A DNA stretch of 64,000 nucleotides from a candidate division WOR-3 bacterium (GCA_016930175.1 JAFGHJ010000013.1:164745-228744), one strand, 5' to 3'. Positions 20,338 through 31,683 are shown, counted from the stretch's first letter. Numbers and translations are program-made. Notes: generated by a model from the letters alone, not told the origin.

Positions 20338-21024
20338 TTAAGTATATTTTTTGCTTTGAGGGTTTTTCTCTTTATCTTTGATCTTTTGTAGGTGAAATGG
20401 GTTTACTCTTATTTTGCTAAAAATTTCATTATGATCAATGAATGGTTTTTCTTCAAATATTTCATTTGCGACTTTGATTATATGACCTGCCATTTGACAG
20501 CAAATTGGATATATGCTTTCGGCGCGAAAAGAGCTTAAGCTATTTCCGTATGACCTTACAATTGTTTTTGGATTGGCGTGAATTTCGTCATGTAGTTTTT
20601 TTATTACAAGCTTATAATAAAATTCGTCAAAACCGATTTCTTTCATTCTTTCCAATAAATTTGTTTCGGTCCAGTGTCCACCCATTTTTGGAATGCCCTC
20701 TTCGTCGAATTCGTAATCAACATTTTCTAAAAAAGATTTTAAATTCTTTTTTGTTTTGTCTTCTAAGACCCATCTAAGATTTACAACTAATTCTATAAGA
20801 ACTCTTAGGATGATGAGGGCTTCTGTATTATGTGAATTGTTTAATAATAAAATTATTGCTTTAGAGTGACTCATGAATCTATTTATGCCTAAATATATAA
20901 TAATTTTTTCGTTTGGGGCATCTTTGATCTTTTTCTCTATCTTCTTATAGCTTTTTCCAATTTCTTTTAAAGAGTATTGAAATAATTTCTTAAACTTATT
21001 TTTATCTGCATTATTTTCTCTCAT
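20338..21024 (-). CDS. Hypothetical protein, DUF5677/HEPN-like
   Basis: A.IILRVLIE helix and Y....LHDEIH motif; AT-rich. Confidence 0.5.
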   Translation of the reverse strand: MRENNADKNKFKKLFQYSLKEIGKSYKKIEKKIKDAPNEKIIIYLGINRFMSHSKAIILLLNNSHNTEALIILRVLIELVVNLRWVLEDKTKKNLKSFLENVDYEFDEEGIPKMGGHWTETNLLERMKEIGFDEFYYKLVIKKLHDEIHANPKTIVRSYGNSLSSFRAESIYPICCQMAGHIIKVANEIFEEKPFIDHNEIFSKIRVNPFHLQKIKDKEKNPQSKKYT

Positions 21025-21044
21025 TATATTATTTATGTTGAAGT

Positions 21045-21530
21045 TTAGTTGTTACGTGATTTACGCTCTTTTTTTAATTTCTTTAATAATATTATGTTAA
21101 AAACAAAGCTTACTGATAATGGAATGGAAAGAGAAATTGCTAATATTAAAAACAGATTTATGCTTGTCTTTTTGGCTGTAGCTTGGTCGCCTACAGCTAT
21201 TTGACTGTTATCTACATCTTCCATTATAGGACTGTTATCGCCATAAGTAATTTTGCTTCCTAGGTTTCCGCTAATATCTTTCCCATCAAGTAAAACAGTT
21301 TTACCCATTATTTTTATGCTGATCTCTCCTTCGTTTGTTTTTATTTTTTCTATGTGTTCCCCGCTACCTTCTGATTCTTTAAGTATTTCAGCTGTTGCTT
21401 CTATTTTCCAAGAGGGTAACTTTTTTCGGATTTCGCTTGTGATTGTTTCTATTTCTTCTTGAGTCCATTCTGCTCTTAAAAATGTTGGAAAACATAATAA
21501 TAAGAAAATGAAAACATATGTTTTTTTCAA
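21045..21530 (-). CDS. Hypothetical exported protein with C-terminal membrane anchor
   Basis: Signal peptide, C-terminal TM plus basic tail; AAGGAGG upstream. Confidence 0.6.
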   Translation of the reverse strand: MKKTYVFIFLLLCFPTFLRAEWTQEEIETITSEIRKKLPSWKIEATAEILKESEGSGEHIEKIKTNEGEISIKIMGKTVLLDGKDISGNLGSKITYGDNSPIMEDVDNSQIAVGDQATAKKTSINLFLILAISLSIPLSVSFVFNIILLKKLKKERKSRNN

Positions 21531-21556
21531 TTTATCCTCCTTAAAGCTAATATCCT

Positions 21557-21677
21557 ATTCATTTGTGTGATTTGTGCTATTTGTTGTTCCTATCAGGTGT
21601 TGGGAGGGGTTTTTTAAAATAAATAAAAAAATTTGTTTGTTGTTGAATTTAGTATGTTTTGTGTGTTTTATAGTTAA
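21557..21677 (-). repeat. Modular intergenic repeat cluster (CAC on - strand)
   Basis: Reverse complement: TTAACTATAAAACACACAAAACATACTAAA, C-tract, AGGAACAACAAATAGCACAAATCACACAAAT (cf. 14691 and 15256). Confidence 0.8.
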
Positions 21678-21681
21678 TCCT

Positions 21682-22809
21682 TTACAATTTCGGGGGTTTT
21701 CCGATTTCCTTATCGAGTTCCTTGAGCAAATCCTTTGCTTTTTTCGATACTTTATCGGGAGTCCAGATATATGCTTCGGCTAAGAGGTCTCCCTTTCCCA
21801 TTCCGTAGAGTTTCCCCATACCCTGGCTTTTTAATACAAATATTCTTCCGGATTTCGTTCCGGGTGGTATAGTCAGTTTTACTTTTCCGTTTAAAGTCGG
21901 AATTGTGACTTTTCCTCCTTCGATTGCCGTTTTATAGCTTATGGGGACTTTTATCTTAAGATTGCTTCCTTCTCTTTTGAAGTTAGGATCCGATTTTACT
22001 CTTATCTCTACGATTATGTTACCCTTAGGACCGCCTCTTATGCCAGTATTTCCTTCTCCTCTTAAGGGAATATAATTTCCTGTTTCGACACCCGCTGGGA
22101 TTCTTACCGAAATTTGTTTTTCTTTTTTTACCCTTCCTTCTCCGTGGCAGTCTGAGCAGGCATCTTTTATAACTTCACCCATTCCTCTGCATACCGGGCA
22201 GGTGGAAACAGATATCATCTGTCCGAAAAAACTCGAACGGGTGACCTGAACTTCTCCATTTCCGTTACAACGTGAGCAGATTGTTGTAGTTCCGCCTTTT
22301 CCGTCGCATTTCCCGCACGTTTCAAATAAACGGATTTTTATCTTTTTTGAGGTACCTTCGGATGCTTCTTTTAAACTTATTTCAAGAGGTATGCGAACGT
22401 CTTCGCCTGATGGTTTATGTGTTCTTCTGCTTCCTCGAGTTCTAGTAGTTTGTCCGAATAAATCTCCGAAAATACTTCCGCTTCCGCCGAATCCGAAACC
22501 CTCGAAGAGGTCTCCGAAAATATCCCGGAGGTCATCCTGGTGGGTAAAATCCTGCCATGTGAAGTTTCTACCCTGGAAATGAACGCCTTCTTTGCCAAAT
22601 CTGTCGTAGTTGGATCTTTTTTCGGGGTCCGCAAGCACTTCATAGGCTTCGGATATCTCTTTGAACTTTTTTTCGGCATCTTTTGGATTGTCTTTGTTTA
22701 CGTCGGGATGGTATTTTCTTGCGAGCTTCTTAAAAGCTTTTTTTATTTCTTGAGTACTTGCGTCTTTACTGACCCCCAGGATTTCATAGTAGTCGTTATT
22801 TTTAGGCAT
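21682..22809 (-). CDS. dnaJ: Chaperone DnaJ
   Basis: HPD J-domain, G/F region, four CxxCxGxG repeats. Confidence 0.97.
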   Translation of the reverse strand: MPKNNDYYEILGVSKDASTQEIKKAFKKLARKYHPDVNKDNPKDAEKKFKEISEAYEVLADPEKRSNYDRFGKEGVHFQGRNFTWQDFTHQDDLRDIFGDLFEGFGFGGSGSIFGDLFGQTTRTRGSRRTHKPSGEDVRIPLEISLKEASEGTSKKIKIRLFETCGKCDGKGGTTTICSRCNGNGEVQVTRSSFFGQMISVSTCPVCRGMGEVIKDACSDCHGEGRVKKEKQISVRIPAGVETGNYIPLRGEGNTGIRGGPKGNIIVEIRVKSDPNFKREGSNLKIKVPISYKTAIEGGKVTIPTLNGKVKLTIPPGTKSGRIFVLKSQGMGKLYGMGKGDLLAEAYIWTPDKVSKKAKDLLKELDKEIGKPPKL

Positions 22810-22829
22810 ATCTAATAATCTCTATCCTG

Positions 22830-24782
22830 TTAATTCTCCTCCTCTTCGTTCTCCTCGTCTTTTTCGTCAATGACCTCAAAGTCTGCCTCGACCTCTCCTT
22901 GTTCTTTCTCTTCTTCTTTCGGTTTTCCTTCTGCTGGTCCCTTTTGGGCTGTATCGGCTTTAGCTTTTTGAGCCGCTTCTTTCTTTGCTTTTTCATACAT
23001 TTTCTCGGAAATCGCATAAGAGGCTTTTTGAAGATTCTCTATTTTCTGCATTATATTGCCGGCGTTTTCTGTTTTAATCGCTTCTCTTAAGTCCGATATG
23101 GCGTTTTCAATATTGCCGCGTTCCTCGTTTGAAACCATATCGCCGTGTTCTCTGAGTGTTTTTTCCGTTGTGTAAATCAGTGTGTCGGCTTGATTTCTCG
23201 CGTTAATTACTTCCTGCTTCTTTTTGTCTTCTTCCGCATGAGATTCGGCGTCTGTTTTCATCTTTTCGATCTCATCTTCTGTAAGACCTGAGGATGATTC
23301 GATTTTAATAGATTGTTCTTTGTTTGTTCCGAGGTCTTTTGCGGAGACTTTTAATATACCATTTGCGTCTATGTCGAAACTGACTTCTATCTGAGGTACG
23401 CCTCTTGGCGCAGCAGGTATCCCCATCAGTTCAAACCTTCCCAGAGTTCTATTGTCAGCAGCAGATGGTCTTTCTCCCTGAAGAACGTGTATCGAAACAG
23501 CAGGCTGGTTGTCTTCTGCCGTTGTAAAGACTTTACTCCTTTCAGCCGGGATTGTGGTATTCCTTGGAATTATTGAGGTCATCATTCCGCCCAGGGTTTC
23601 TATTCCGAGGGATAATGGTGTTACATCCAGAAGTAAGACGTCTTTTACGTCCCCTGCGAGTACTCCTCCCTGGATAGCAGCACCGACAGCGACGACTTCA
23701 TCCGGATTAACGCCTTTATGGGGTTCCTTTCCGAAAAGTTCTTTTACTTTTTCCTGAACGGCGGGCATTCTTGTCATACCTCCCACAAGAAGTACTTCGT
23801 CGATATCGTTTGCGGTAAGACCTGCATCCTTAAAAGCATTTCTTACCGGTTCCTCTACTCTTTTAAGGAGGTCCGCGCATAAAGATTCCATTTTAGCCCT
23901 TGTTAATTTCTTTTCAAGGTGTTTCGCTCCTGAGGCGTCTCCCGCGAGATACGGAAGGTTTATAGTGGTCTCTTTCATTGACGAGAGTTCGCATTTTGCT
24001 TTTTCTGCAGCGTCTCTTACTCTTTGTACGGCGCTTCTATCATCCGAAATATCGATTCCGGACTCTTTTTTGAATTCTTCTATCAACCATTCCATTATTG
24101 TGTGGTCGAAGTCATCTCCTCCGAGATGTGTATCTCCGTTTGTAGAAAGGACTTCAAATACACCCTCACTTATTTCGAGTATAGATATATCGAAAGTTCC
24201 TCCTCCAAGGTCAAAAACGGCGATTTTTTCCTCCTTTTTTTCTCCGAGTCCGTAGGCAAGCGAGGCAGCGGTAGGCTCATTGATGATTCTAAGAACTTCA
24301 AGCCCTGCTATTTCTCCCGCGTCCTTTGTCGCTTTCCTCTGAGCGTCGTTGAAGTAGGCGGGCACAGTTATAACCGCTTTTTTAATTTCTCTACCGATAT
24401 GTTCTTCTGCTGCTTTTTTCAGATATTGCAGGACTTTTGCGGAAATTTCCGGCGGAGAGTAGACCTTATCTTCTACTTTGATTCGAGCGTCATCATGAGG
24501 GCCTTTTATGACATCGAAAGGAACTTTCTTCTTTTCATCTTTAATTTCCGAAAATCTTCTTCCCATAAACCTTTTTACCGAATAAACAGTATTCTGAGGA
24601 TTGGTAAGCTGTTGTCTTTTTGCCTGCAGCCCGACTAACTCTTCGCCTTCTTTAAATCCTATTACTGAAGGGGTTGTTCTTTGCCCCTCCGGATTTGAAA
24701 TTACTTCCGGCTCCGATTGCTCGACAATTGCAACGACCGAGTTAGTGGTGCCCAGATCGATTCCTATTACAGGTTCTTTCAT
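22830..24782 (-). CDS. dnaK: Chaperone DnaK
   Basis: [43 protein letters not shown]. Confidence 0.98.
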   Translation of the reverse strand: MKEPVIGIDLGTTNSVVAIVEQSEPEVISNPEGQRTTPSVIGFKEGEELVGLQAKRQQLTNPQNTVYSVKRFMGRRFSEIKDEKKKVPFDVIKGPHDDARIKVEDKVYSPPEISAKVLQYLKKAAEEHIGREIKKAVITVPAYFNDAQRKATKDAGEIAGLEVLRIINEPTAASLAYGLGEKKEEKIAVFDLGGGTFDISILEISEGVFEVLSTNGDTHLGGDDFDHTIMEWLIEEFKKESGIDISDDRSAVQRVRDAAEKAKCELSSMKETTINLPYLAGDASGAKHLEKKLTRAKMESLCADLLKRVEEPVRNAFKDAGLTANDIDEVLLVGGMTRMPAVQEKVKELFGKEPHKGVNPDEVVAVGAAIQGGVLAGDVKDVLLLDVTPLSLGIETLGGMMTSIIPRNTTIPAERSKVFTTAEDNQPAVSIHVLQGERPSAADNRTLGRFELMGIPAAPRGVPQIEVSFDIDANGILKVSAKDLGTNKEQSIKIESSSGLTEDEIEKMKTDAESHAEEDKKKQEVINARNQADTLIYTTEKTLREHGDMVSNEERGNIENAISDLREAIKTENAGNIMQKIENLQKASYAISEKMYEKAKKEAAQKAKADTAQKGPAEGKPKEEEKEQGEVEADFEVIDEKDEENEEEEN

Positions 24783-25414
24783 TCTGCTTTTCCTCCTTCA
24801 TTTTTATTTTCCTCGTTGTTTTTTTCTTGTTTTGCTTCACCTTTTTTAGCTACAATTACCTTTGCAGGTCGTAATACTCTATCTCTGATTTTATAGCCAC
24901 ATTCTGTTTCTTCCAATATTTTACCTTCTTCTTCATCATTGTGTTCTATTACATGGATTGCCTCATGTTTTGAAGGGTCGAATTTTTCTCCCAGAGATTC
25001 GAATGGTTCGACATTATATATTTTTAACAAATTCTCAAAGTTTGAGCGCACAAGGCGAATTCCTTCGTAGAACGATTTGTAATCATCTTTGTGTTTTTCG
25101 CTATTGTTAAGAGACTCGAAAGCCCTTTTAAAATCGTCAAGGATGGGAAGGATTTTTCTGAAGAGCTCTTCGTGTGCAAATTCGTAAGCTTTTTGTTTCT
25201 CGCTGATAGCTCTTTTTCTAAGATTCTCGTAATTAGCAAGGGCTCTAAGATATTTATCTTTAAGCTCTTCTTTTTCTTCTTCTATCGCATTAATCAAAGC
25301 TTCCATGCTTTCGAATTCCTTTTTTTCCTCGTTTATTTCTGCTTCACTTTTCTTCTCTTCTTTAAATTCTTCTTCTATTTTATCAATATTATCAGTTCGG
25401 TCGCCTTCCGGCAT
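24779..25414 (-). CDS. grpE: Nucleotide exchange factor GrpE
   Basis: [24 protein letters not shown]....RVLRPAKV. Confidence 0.95.
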   Translation of the reverse strand: MPEGDRTDNIDKIEEEFKEEKKSEAEINEEKKEFESMEALINAIEEEKEELKDKYLRALANYENLRKRAISEKQKAYEFAHEELFRKILPILDDFKRAFESLNNSEKHKDDYKSFYEGIRLVRSNFENLLKIYNVEPFESLGEKFDPSKHEAIHVIEHNDEEEGKILEETECGYKIRDRVLRPAKVIVAKKGEAKQEKNNEENKNEGGKAE

Positions 25415-25508
25415 CTTTCCTCCTGAACCTTATTTTCTTTTAATTATTTAAGTAATTTACTGGGTTGCCTTTTAATGTCAACCCCAGCAACTGTAAATCT
25501 TGTAACTA

Positions 25509-25536
25509 ATCTTAATAACAAATTAGCATTTGTCAA
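25509..25536 (-). promoter_or_regulatory. Candidate sigma70 promoter for grpE-dnaK-dnaJ
   Basis: TTGACA-16-TAAGAT; a second TTGACA at 25475-25480. Confidence 0.45.
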
Positions 25537-25683
25537 GGTGTGAATCTTTTTTATTTTCAAGGTTTCTTGAAGTATACTAGAAAAATAAGTTTATCTTAAT
25601 ACGTGCTGAAAGTAGGGGTTGCTCTTTCTCTTTTTTTATTGAGATTTCAGGCGCCTGAGCCGTTTAGTTGCTGTTTGTCGTTA

Positions 25684-27138
25684 TTATACGGTTCCCCGGC
25701 GGTTTTCGAGTTGTCTCCTTATTTCTTCGCATTTTTCTCTTGTTAATCCCATTCGCAGAATGAAAATGATTACCACAATAAAACCTAAAATCGGAATTCC
25801 TGCAAGAGTTCTGCGGATCCATAAGATTGTTTCGGGCGATTGTATTTTGACGGTATGATCGAAGCCTATCCAGCTCAGAATAAGCCCGAAGATGAAATAA
25901 CCTGCCGAATTACCAAGTTTTAAGATATATGAGCCGCAGGCTGTAAATGAGCCTTCGCGTCTTTTGCCGGTATTAAGTTCGTCGTAATCAATAATATCTG
26001 CTCCGATTGAACCATGCAGCATCCATAGGGCAGATGCGGCAAATCCCATTGTGCCTGAGGCGACCGTTTGAAGCCATGGGATGAGAGGAGTATAGAGATA
26101 CCAGGAGCCTCCGTATCCTATCATACCGATGCATGCTGCGACGATGACCGCTTTGCGTTTACCTATTTGGGTTGCAATCCTGTTTAATATTGGAGCTCCC
26201 AGGAGTCCTCCGAACATGAAAGATATTCCCATCCAGAAATTCCAGTTGTCTCCCATTATCGTACTGCCACGGCATACATAATAGACTGTTGTATAATAAC
26301 CGAGCGAGCCGATCATACTTGTGCTTAAATTGAAAGCGAAACCGAAACCCATAATCATGCGAAATGGCTGAACTTTCAGTGTTTCATAAAATGAGCTCTT
26401 TATTGAAATGCGTTCTTTGGTTTTTACGACCACTTTATCATAATATCGTTCTTTTAACTTGAAAAACATCGTAATGGCGAATATTGCCATTACGGTGCCG
26501 AGAATCCCGGTGTAAACCTGAATACCGCGCAGGGTGTTTTTTCCTCCAGCGGGAAGAAGAAACCAGGCTAAATTCGTAAAACGCAGAGCATAAAAATTAC
26601 CTACCTCGAAAATTTTCTGCATTACACTTTTATATGTCATAATAGAGGTACGTTCGTCGTAATCAGGGCTCATCTCTGCACCAAGACTGTCAAAAGGTAC
26701 AGCGAAAGCGCTTATAATCGGAATGTAAATAAGTGATGATACCGCCATATACCAGAAAATAACTGAAGCTCCCAAGAATTTCACCGAAGCCCATTCGGGT
26801 GATACGGCAAATAACAGCGGGAGACCGAGTCCGCTTAAAATACCAGCAATTAGGATGAAAGGACGCCTTCGGCCGTGTTTAGAACGTAAGTTATCCGAGA
26901 TCCAGCCAACAACCGGATCTATAATTGCGTCGTATACACGGATAAGTGTTAATGCTAATCCAACCAGCCGCGGGTCGACTCCTAAATAGATATTAAAAAC
27001 TGCGAACGCTACGCCGGGATAAAGCCAGAGTCCCCACATATTTAATCCGGTTCCGAGGCCATAGGTTATTTTAGTGGGAGCCGGAATACGGTCTCGTACC
27101 GGTACGTATTCTTTATCTATATTAGCTTTCTTTTTCAT
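25684..27138 (-). CDS. MFS glycoside-pentoside-hexuronide (MelB-like) transporter
   Basis: DAIIDPVVGWISD, GRRRPF, DYDERT, DYDELNTGKRREG. Confidence 0.9.
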   Translation of the reverse strand: MKKKANIDKEYVPVRDRIPAPTKITYGLGTGLNMWGLWLYPGVAFAVFNIYLGVDPRLVGLALTLIRVYDAIIDPVVGWISDNLRSKHGRRRPFILIAGILSGLGLPLLFAVSPEWASVKFLGASVIFWYMAVSSLIYIPIISAFAVPFDSLGAEMSPDYDERTSIMTYKSVMQKIFEVGNFYALRFTNLAWFLLPAGGKNTLRGIQVYTGILGTVMAIFAITMFFKLKERYYDKVVVKTKERISIKSSFYETLKVQPFRMIMGFGFAFNLSTSMIGSLGYYTTVYYVCRGSTIMGDNWNFWMGISFMFGGLLGAPILNRIATQIGKRKAVIVAACIGMIGYGGSWYLYTPLIPWLQTVASGTMGFAASALWMLHGSIGADIIDYDELNTGKRREGSFTACGSYILKLGNSAGYFIFGLILSWIGFDHTVKIQSPETILWIRRTLAGIPILGFIVVIIFILRMGLTREKCEEIRRQLENRRGTV

Positions 27139-27290
27139 TTAACCTCCCTGCCGATAAAATTTGAAATTGGTTATTTTTTTAGTAATATTTTTTATGTGGT
27201 AGTTTCTCGTTTGCTTTAACAAAATAGTGAGTATTTATTATAATGTCAATAGATATTTAAAAGCTTTGATTAGATTTTTTTAATTTTATA

Positions 27291-28019
27291 TTATTCCGAA
27301 GATTCAAATATATATTTTTTGTTTGATACTTCTACATTTGGAGGAATTTTATTTTTTTCAAAGAAATCATAGCCTTCTTTCAAGTTATTCCAGAATTCTA
27401 TCCATTTTGATTCTTTATGTTTTTCCATATTTTCTTTATTCATTTTAAAAGGTAAAATATGTACTCTAAAAAAACTCTGGCCGCCATGAAAAGCAGCGTC
27501 TGCAATTGCGTATATTTTTTCGATTCCATCATCTGTCATAGCATAACACCCGATAGAGACGCAGCTCCCGTGTACCATTAAATCTCCTCCTGTTCTTTTG
27601 TTAATTCTATCGTACTTGTTCGGATATCCGAGATTAAATGATAAATGAAAGTTGCTTACCGGGTTTAATCGTTGCGGTGTCACAAAATAAAACCCTTCAG
27701 GAGCCTGACCGTCTCCCTGTCGTGTTTTGGGGCCAAGGGTGCCGGAGCCGTAAGTGCATATTTCGTAAGTCTTAAAAAGCTCAAACTTGCCGTCGGATTT
27801 GACCCATACTTCGAGTTCCTTTGATTCTTTGAAAACCCTGATAAATATCGGCGCGCCATATTGTAATTTTTTTTCTTCAAATTCGCATTTTAGATTTGGT
27901 TGAACCCGCTGTATTGCGTTCCTGGATCTTAAACTTGAAGGAATTTTACTTTCTGCAAGAGATATAAAACTGCTGATAAGTGAGAAAAATATAAGTATTG
28001 AAGTGCATTTCGAGATCAT
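27291..28019 (-). CDS. YafK/DpaA-like L,D-transpeptidase-fold protein
   Basis: IFIRVFKE, GPK..GD.QAPEGFY, MVHGSCVSIGCYAM. ATG 28019 gives a signal peptide. Confidence 0.85.
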   Translation of the reverse strand: MISKCTSILIFFSLISSFISLAESKIPSSLRSRNAIQRVQPNLKCEFEEKKLQYGAPIFIRVFKESKELEVWVKSDGKFELFKTYEICTYGSGTLGPKTRQGDGQAPEGFYFVTPQRLNPVSNFHLSFNLGYPNKYDRINKRTGGDLMVHGSCVSIGCYAMTDDGIEKIYAIADAAFHGGQSFFRVHILPFKMNKENMEKHKESKWIEFWNNLKEGYDFFEKNKIPPNVEVSNKKYIFESSE

Positions 28020-28026
28020 ATTTTGT

Positions 28027-28305
28027 TTATTTTCTAAATTTTGCTTTTCTTTCTGCGGTAAATTTCCACCAGGGTTTTGGTGGATTCCCGTTACAGAATG
28101 ATACGGCGGAGATAAAAACATCCAGAAGGCAGGGGTCGTGATGTTTACCTGTCAGCTCAAGAAGTTTCTTGTACATAGCGTAAGGGTCTTTTCCTTTTAA
28201 GTCGTTTGGTGCGTTATATCCAAGAAGACGTAATTTCGCAGCAATAGCCTTTCCGACATTAGGTATGGATTCTAATTTGTCACGAGATATTCTTTTTTCA
28301 GGCAT
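28027..28305 (-). CDS. Helix-hairpin-helix protein (Cdd1/mitomycin-resistance-like)
   Basis: IPNVGKAIA, DP..MY, HDPCLLDVF, PWWKFT.ERK. Confidence 0.8.
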   Translation of the reverse strand: MPEKRISRDKLESIPNVGKAIAAKLRLLGYNAPNDLKGKDPYAMYKKLLELTGKHHDPCLLDVFISAVSFCNGNPPKPWWKFTAERKAKFRK

Positions 28306-29242
28306 TTTTTTCCAAGTCTATATAATAATCCAGATGCTCTTTAATCTTTTCCCAGGGATCAAATTCGAGTCCGAAGTCTTCCTTCATATCCGATACATCC
28401 CACATTAGCGGGTCGTCACTCCAGCCTTTATCTTCCAATAAAATCTTGCTTTTTGAATTGCATTTTTTTATTGCTTCTTTTGCGATTTCATACCAGGATG
28501 TAAAATTTTTAGAAAGTCCGAAATATGTTTTTCTATTAACATTGCTGTGTAAGACTTTTATGTACAATTTAGCCAGATCTCCAGCCCAGATGAATTGAGT
28601 TCCGTCGTTTTTAGTAAGAGTTATCTGTTCGTTATTAAAGGCTTTATTTACGATATTTTGAAAACGTGTATCAGCCTGAGTACGAGCGCCTTCAGCGACA
28701 GGATTTCCAAATGTGTAACCCGGTCTAATGATATTAATTCTCATCGTAGAAAGATGAGACTCTGCCATTAGAAAGTTCTCGCTTGCTGCTTTTGTGGCGC
28801 CATAAAACGTAGCCGGGTGCTGTTTGGTTTTTGCATCTACGATTTTTATTTTTTCTTCTAGCTCTTCCGCTCCACCCGAATATAAGCTGTCATTAGCCGA
28901 GGTTGAGGATGTATAGATAAAATGTTTTACGTTCTCTCTGGCGGCTATATTAGACATCAATACTGTTGGAAAAGTGTCGTCCTGAAGTATTTCCCATCCT
29001 GTTTTTTGTTCCGAATAATTTACTGCGATATGAATGCATGCGTCCTTGCCGATAATTAATTTTTCAAGTAAATCGATATCTGAGAGATCGCCTTCTACCA
29101 ACTCAAGTTGCTTTATTTTTTGAAATTCAGGAATTTTATTCGGGTTACGGGCTAATATAGTTACTTTGTGTTTATGTTTCACAAGTTCCAAAGTAACGTA
29201 TGAACCAATAAAACCTGTTCCGCCTGTTAAAAAAATATTCAT
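28298..29242 (-). CDS. NAD-dependent epimerase/dehydratase (extended SDR)
   Basis: TGGTGFIG, YTSS, YGATK. Confidence 0.85.
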   Translation of the reverse strand: MNIFLTGGTGFIGSYVTLELVKHKHKVTILARNPNKIPEFQKIKQLELVEGDLSDIDLLEKLIIGKDACIHIAVNYSEQKTGWEILQDDTFPTVLMSNIAARENVKHFIYTSSTSANDSLYSGGAEELEEKIKIVDAKTKQHPATFYGATKAASENFLMAESHLSTMRINIIRPGYTFGNPVAEGARTQADTRFQNIVNKAFNNEQITLTKNDGTQFIWAGDLAKLYIKVLHSNVNRKTYFGLSKNFTSWYEIAKEAIKKCNSKSKILLEDKGWSDDPLMWDVSDMKEDFGLEFDPWEKIKEHLDYYIDLEKNA

Positions 29243-29273
29243 TTTCTCAAAAATTTATATTAATTTATTATTT

Positions 29274-29987
29274 TTATCCAAGTAATTTTTCTCCGATTAT
29301 TCCAATGAGAAATCCAATTGATGCGCCTATCGGTGGAATCCAGCTGTTTTTAATTTTTGATAAGGGTGCTATATCCTGAAACATTAAAAAAACTATACCT
29401 CCGCCGGAAAAAGCCATAAGGGAAGCGATAATACTAACCTTATTTCTTAAGAGGAAATAACCCATAAGAGCTGCAATTACTCCGGAAAAACTCAATAAAA
29501 ATAATATTATAAGGGATGTTCTTGAAGAGTGGTTGTAGTGTTTCAATTCTATATATGCGTTAAAAGATTCGGGTAAATTCTGCATTCCTATATAAAGGGC
29601 AAGCAATAGTCCAAGGCGAATATTATGCGCAAAAACACCACCTAAAGCTATTGCTTCGGGTACAAAATCCATCAACATTGCCATCATCTGCGCGAATGAA
29701 CCTCCTTTTTTATGTATTTTGTTGTCAAGAAAGCAGAAAAAGAGCACTCCTCCCACAAAGGATAGAATTAACGGAAATATGGATAATTGTTCTATTCCTT
29801 TAGGAATTAGAACAAAAGCAACGGCAGCTATTAATATACCTCCACCAAAAGCTATTGCAAAGTGAGTTATAAATTTGTGTGCAGAATAATCTTTAAATTT
29901 TTCGAATATTCTTGACAATATTCCACCCAGAAATACCGTTATTCCCGCAAAGAAAGAATATATTATTATTTCGAAGATTTCTTTCAT
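29274..29987 (-). CDS. ZIP-family divalent metal transporter
   Basis: FGGGIL, DFVPEAIALG, QNLPESF; multi-TM. Confidence 0.8.
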   Translation of the reverse strand: MKEIFEIIIYSFFAGITVFLGGILSRIFEKFKDYSAHKFITHFAIAFGGGILIAAVAFVLIPKGIEQLSIFPLILSFVGGVLFFCFLDNKIHKKGGSFAQMMAMLMDFVPEAIALGGVFAHNIRLGLLLALYIGMQNLPESFNAYIELKHYNHSSRTSLIILFLLSFSGVIAALMGYFLLRNKVSIIASLMAFSGGGIVFLMFQDIAPLSKIKNSWIPPIGASIGFLIGIIGEKLLG

Positions 29988-30058
29988 TTTGTTTTTAAAA
30001 TAATAAAATTCTTTTTTATGTCAATATATTTTGAATTTATGATCTGGTATAATGTTTT

Positions 30059-30141
30059 AGCGGAAAGCGGACTGCGGTCAGCGGATAGCTTAATATATTT
30101 GCGTCTTTGAGTGAGAATATTTTTTGGATGGTGGTGGGGCG
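30059..30141 (-). repeat. Modular repeat cluster (CAC on - strand)
   Basis: AGCGGAA-AGCGGAC-TGCGGTC-AGCGGAT heptamers; reverse complement CGCCCCACCACC...TATTCTCACTCAAAGACGCAAA. Confidence 0.75.
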
Positions 30142-30170
30142 TTGACATTTAAAGATGAAACTCATATCTT
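30142..30170 (+). promoter_or_regulatory. Sigma70 promoter for trkH-trkA
   Basis: TTGACA-17-TATCTT. Confidence 0.55.
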
Positions 30171-30179
30171 GTATAGTAA

Positions 30180-31673
30180 ATGAAAGTTCGGAAAAGATTA
30201 TTAGACCGATTTTTATTTGAGATTTCTCCCGTTCTGGGGTATCTCGGTGTTATTTTAATATATTCTTCCTTTCTTTTTTTAATACCTTTAATCATAGATT
30301 ATCTATATTTAAGGAGTCTTGTTAATTTAAAAGCTTTTTTAGTGCCGGCTTTGATTTCTCTTACTTTGGGTTTAGCATTAAAAGGTAAAAAACCTTTAGA
30401 TAAGATTAATCACAAGCATGGTATGATGATTGCGGCGCTTTCATGGATTATTGTTTCTTTGGTTGGTTCTTTTCCTTATCTGCTCGGGCTTCATGAGAGT
30501 TTTCTTAATTCATTCTTCGAAACAGTTTCGGGTTTTACAACTACCGGTATAACGATGCTTTCGGAACTCGATGTGAAAAGCCGTTCTATACTTTTTTATA
30601 GGGCTTTGACTCAGTGGGTGGGAGGTCTCGGAATCCTTAGCTTCGCTTTGTTGATTATTTACGAAGGTGGTGTTGCGCCCCAGCTTTTCGAGGGTGAAAG
30701 TCATAAAATTAGAACAAAAAGAATAGCCCCGGGCTTATTTAATACAATAAGAATTTTATGGGTTATATACGGATGCTTAACTTTAATGCTTATTTTTCTT
30801 TTGAAAATAGAAGGGGTAAATCTTTTCGATGCGGTTACCCATTCGTTTACGACTCTTTCAACCGGAGGCTTTTCTACTCATGATATGAGCATTGGATATT
30901 ATGCTGCTATGAATTATCCTCTATCAAACATTATTGAATGGACTGTGATTTTGTTTATGGTATTCGGAGGGATAAATTTCCTAATTCACTACAGGATTTT
31001 CCAGGGAGATTTTAAAGCTTTATGGGACTCATACGAGATAAAATTATTCTGGCTATTTGTATGTTTGGCTTCCGGTATTATTATCTTTAAACAATTTACG
31101 TACAGCAGGGTTCTTTCTCCCGATTTGGTCAGAACTTCTATTTTTCAGGTTGTAGCAATTATGACTACCACCGGCTATGCGACTCGTGATATCTCTGCTC
31201 CTATTTATGGAGGCGTCGCCAAGCAAATTTTTCTTTTTTCAATGGTGATAGGAGGATGTGTAGGCTCAACCGCCGGCGGATTAAAAGTTTTGCGAATAGG
31301 GATTTTATTTAAACTTATTAAATTTAAAATTAAATCAATTGTCTATCCTCTTCATACGGTGAGTTTTCTTATTGTTGATGGGAATAAACTGGATTTTGAT
31401 GAGGTAAGGAGAGTTACATCTTTGTTTGCCGCATGGATGTTTTTGCTTGCAGCGGGTGGATTGGTTACAGCGGTTTTTAGTAATCACGGTGCTCTTGAAT
31501 CTTTTTCGGGTATGGCGTCAGCGCTTGGGAATATTGGGCCATGTTATATTTCGGCTAGTGAAATGATGAAACTTTCTCCTGTTGTTAAGTTTACGTATAT
31601 CATAGGTATGCTTGCTGGAAGGTTGGAAATTTTACCGATACTTATGTTATTTTATAAAAATACATGGAAATAG
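30180..31673 (+). CDS. trkH: Trk potassium uptake membrane protein
   Basis: SGFTTTG, STGGFS, TTTGY, GGCVGSTAGGLK, GNIGP, GRLEI. Confidence 0.95.
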   Translation: MKVRKRLLDRFLFEISPVLGYLGVILIYSSFLFLIPLIIDYLYLRSLVNLKAFLVPALISLTLGLALKGKKPLDKINHKHGMMIAALSWIIVSLVGSFPYLLGLHESFLNSFFETVSGFTTTGITMLSELDVKSRSILFYRALTQWVGGLGILSFALLIIYEGGVAPQLFEGESHKIRTKRIAPGLFNTIRILWVIYGCLTLMLIFLLKIEGVNLFDAVTHSFTTLSTGGFSTHDMSIGYYAAMNYPLSNIIEWTVILFMVFGGINFLIHYRIFQGDFKALWDSYEIKLFWLFVCLASGIIIFKQFTYSRVLSPDLVRTSIFQVVAIMTTTGYATRDISAPIYGGVAKQIFLFSMVIGGCVGSTAGGLKVLRIGILFKLIKFKIKSIVYPLHTVSFLIVDGNKLDFDEVRRVTSLFAAWMFLLAAGGLVTAVFSNHGALESFSGMASALGNIGPCYISASEMMKLSPVVKFTYIIGMLAGRLEILPILMLFYKNTWK

Positions 31674-31683
31674 GAGGTTACAA

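Noticed and set aside
25415-25683. CIRCE operator upstream of grpE
   Set aside because: Only a partial TTAGCA half-site; no TTAGCACTC-N9-GAGTGCTAA.
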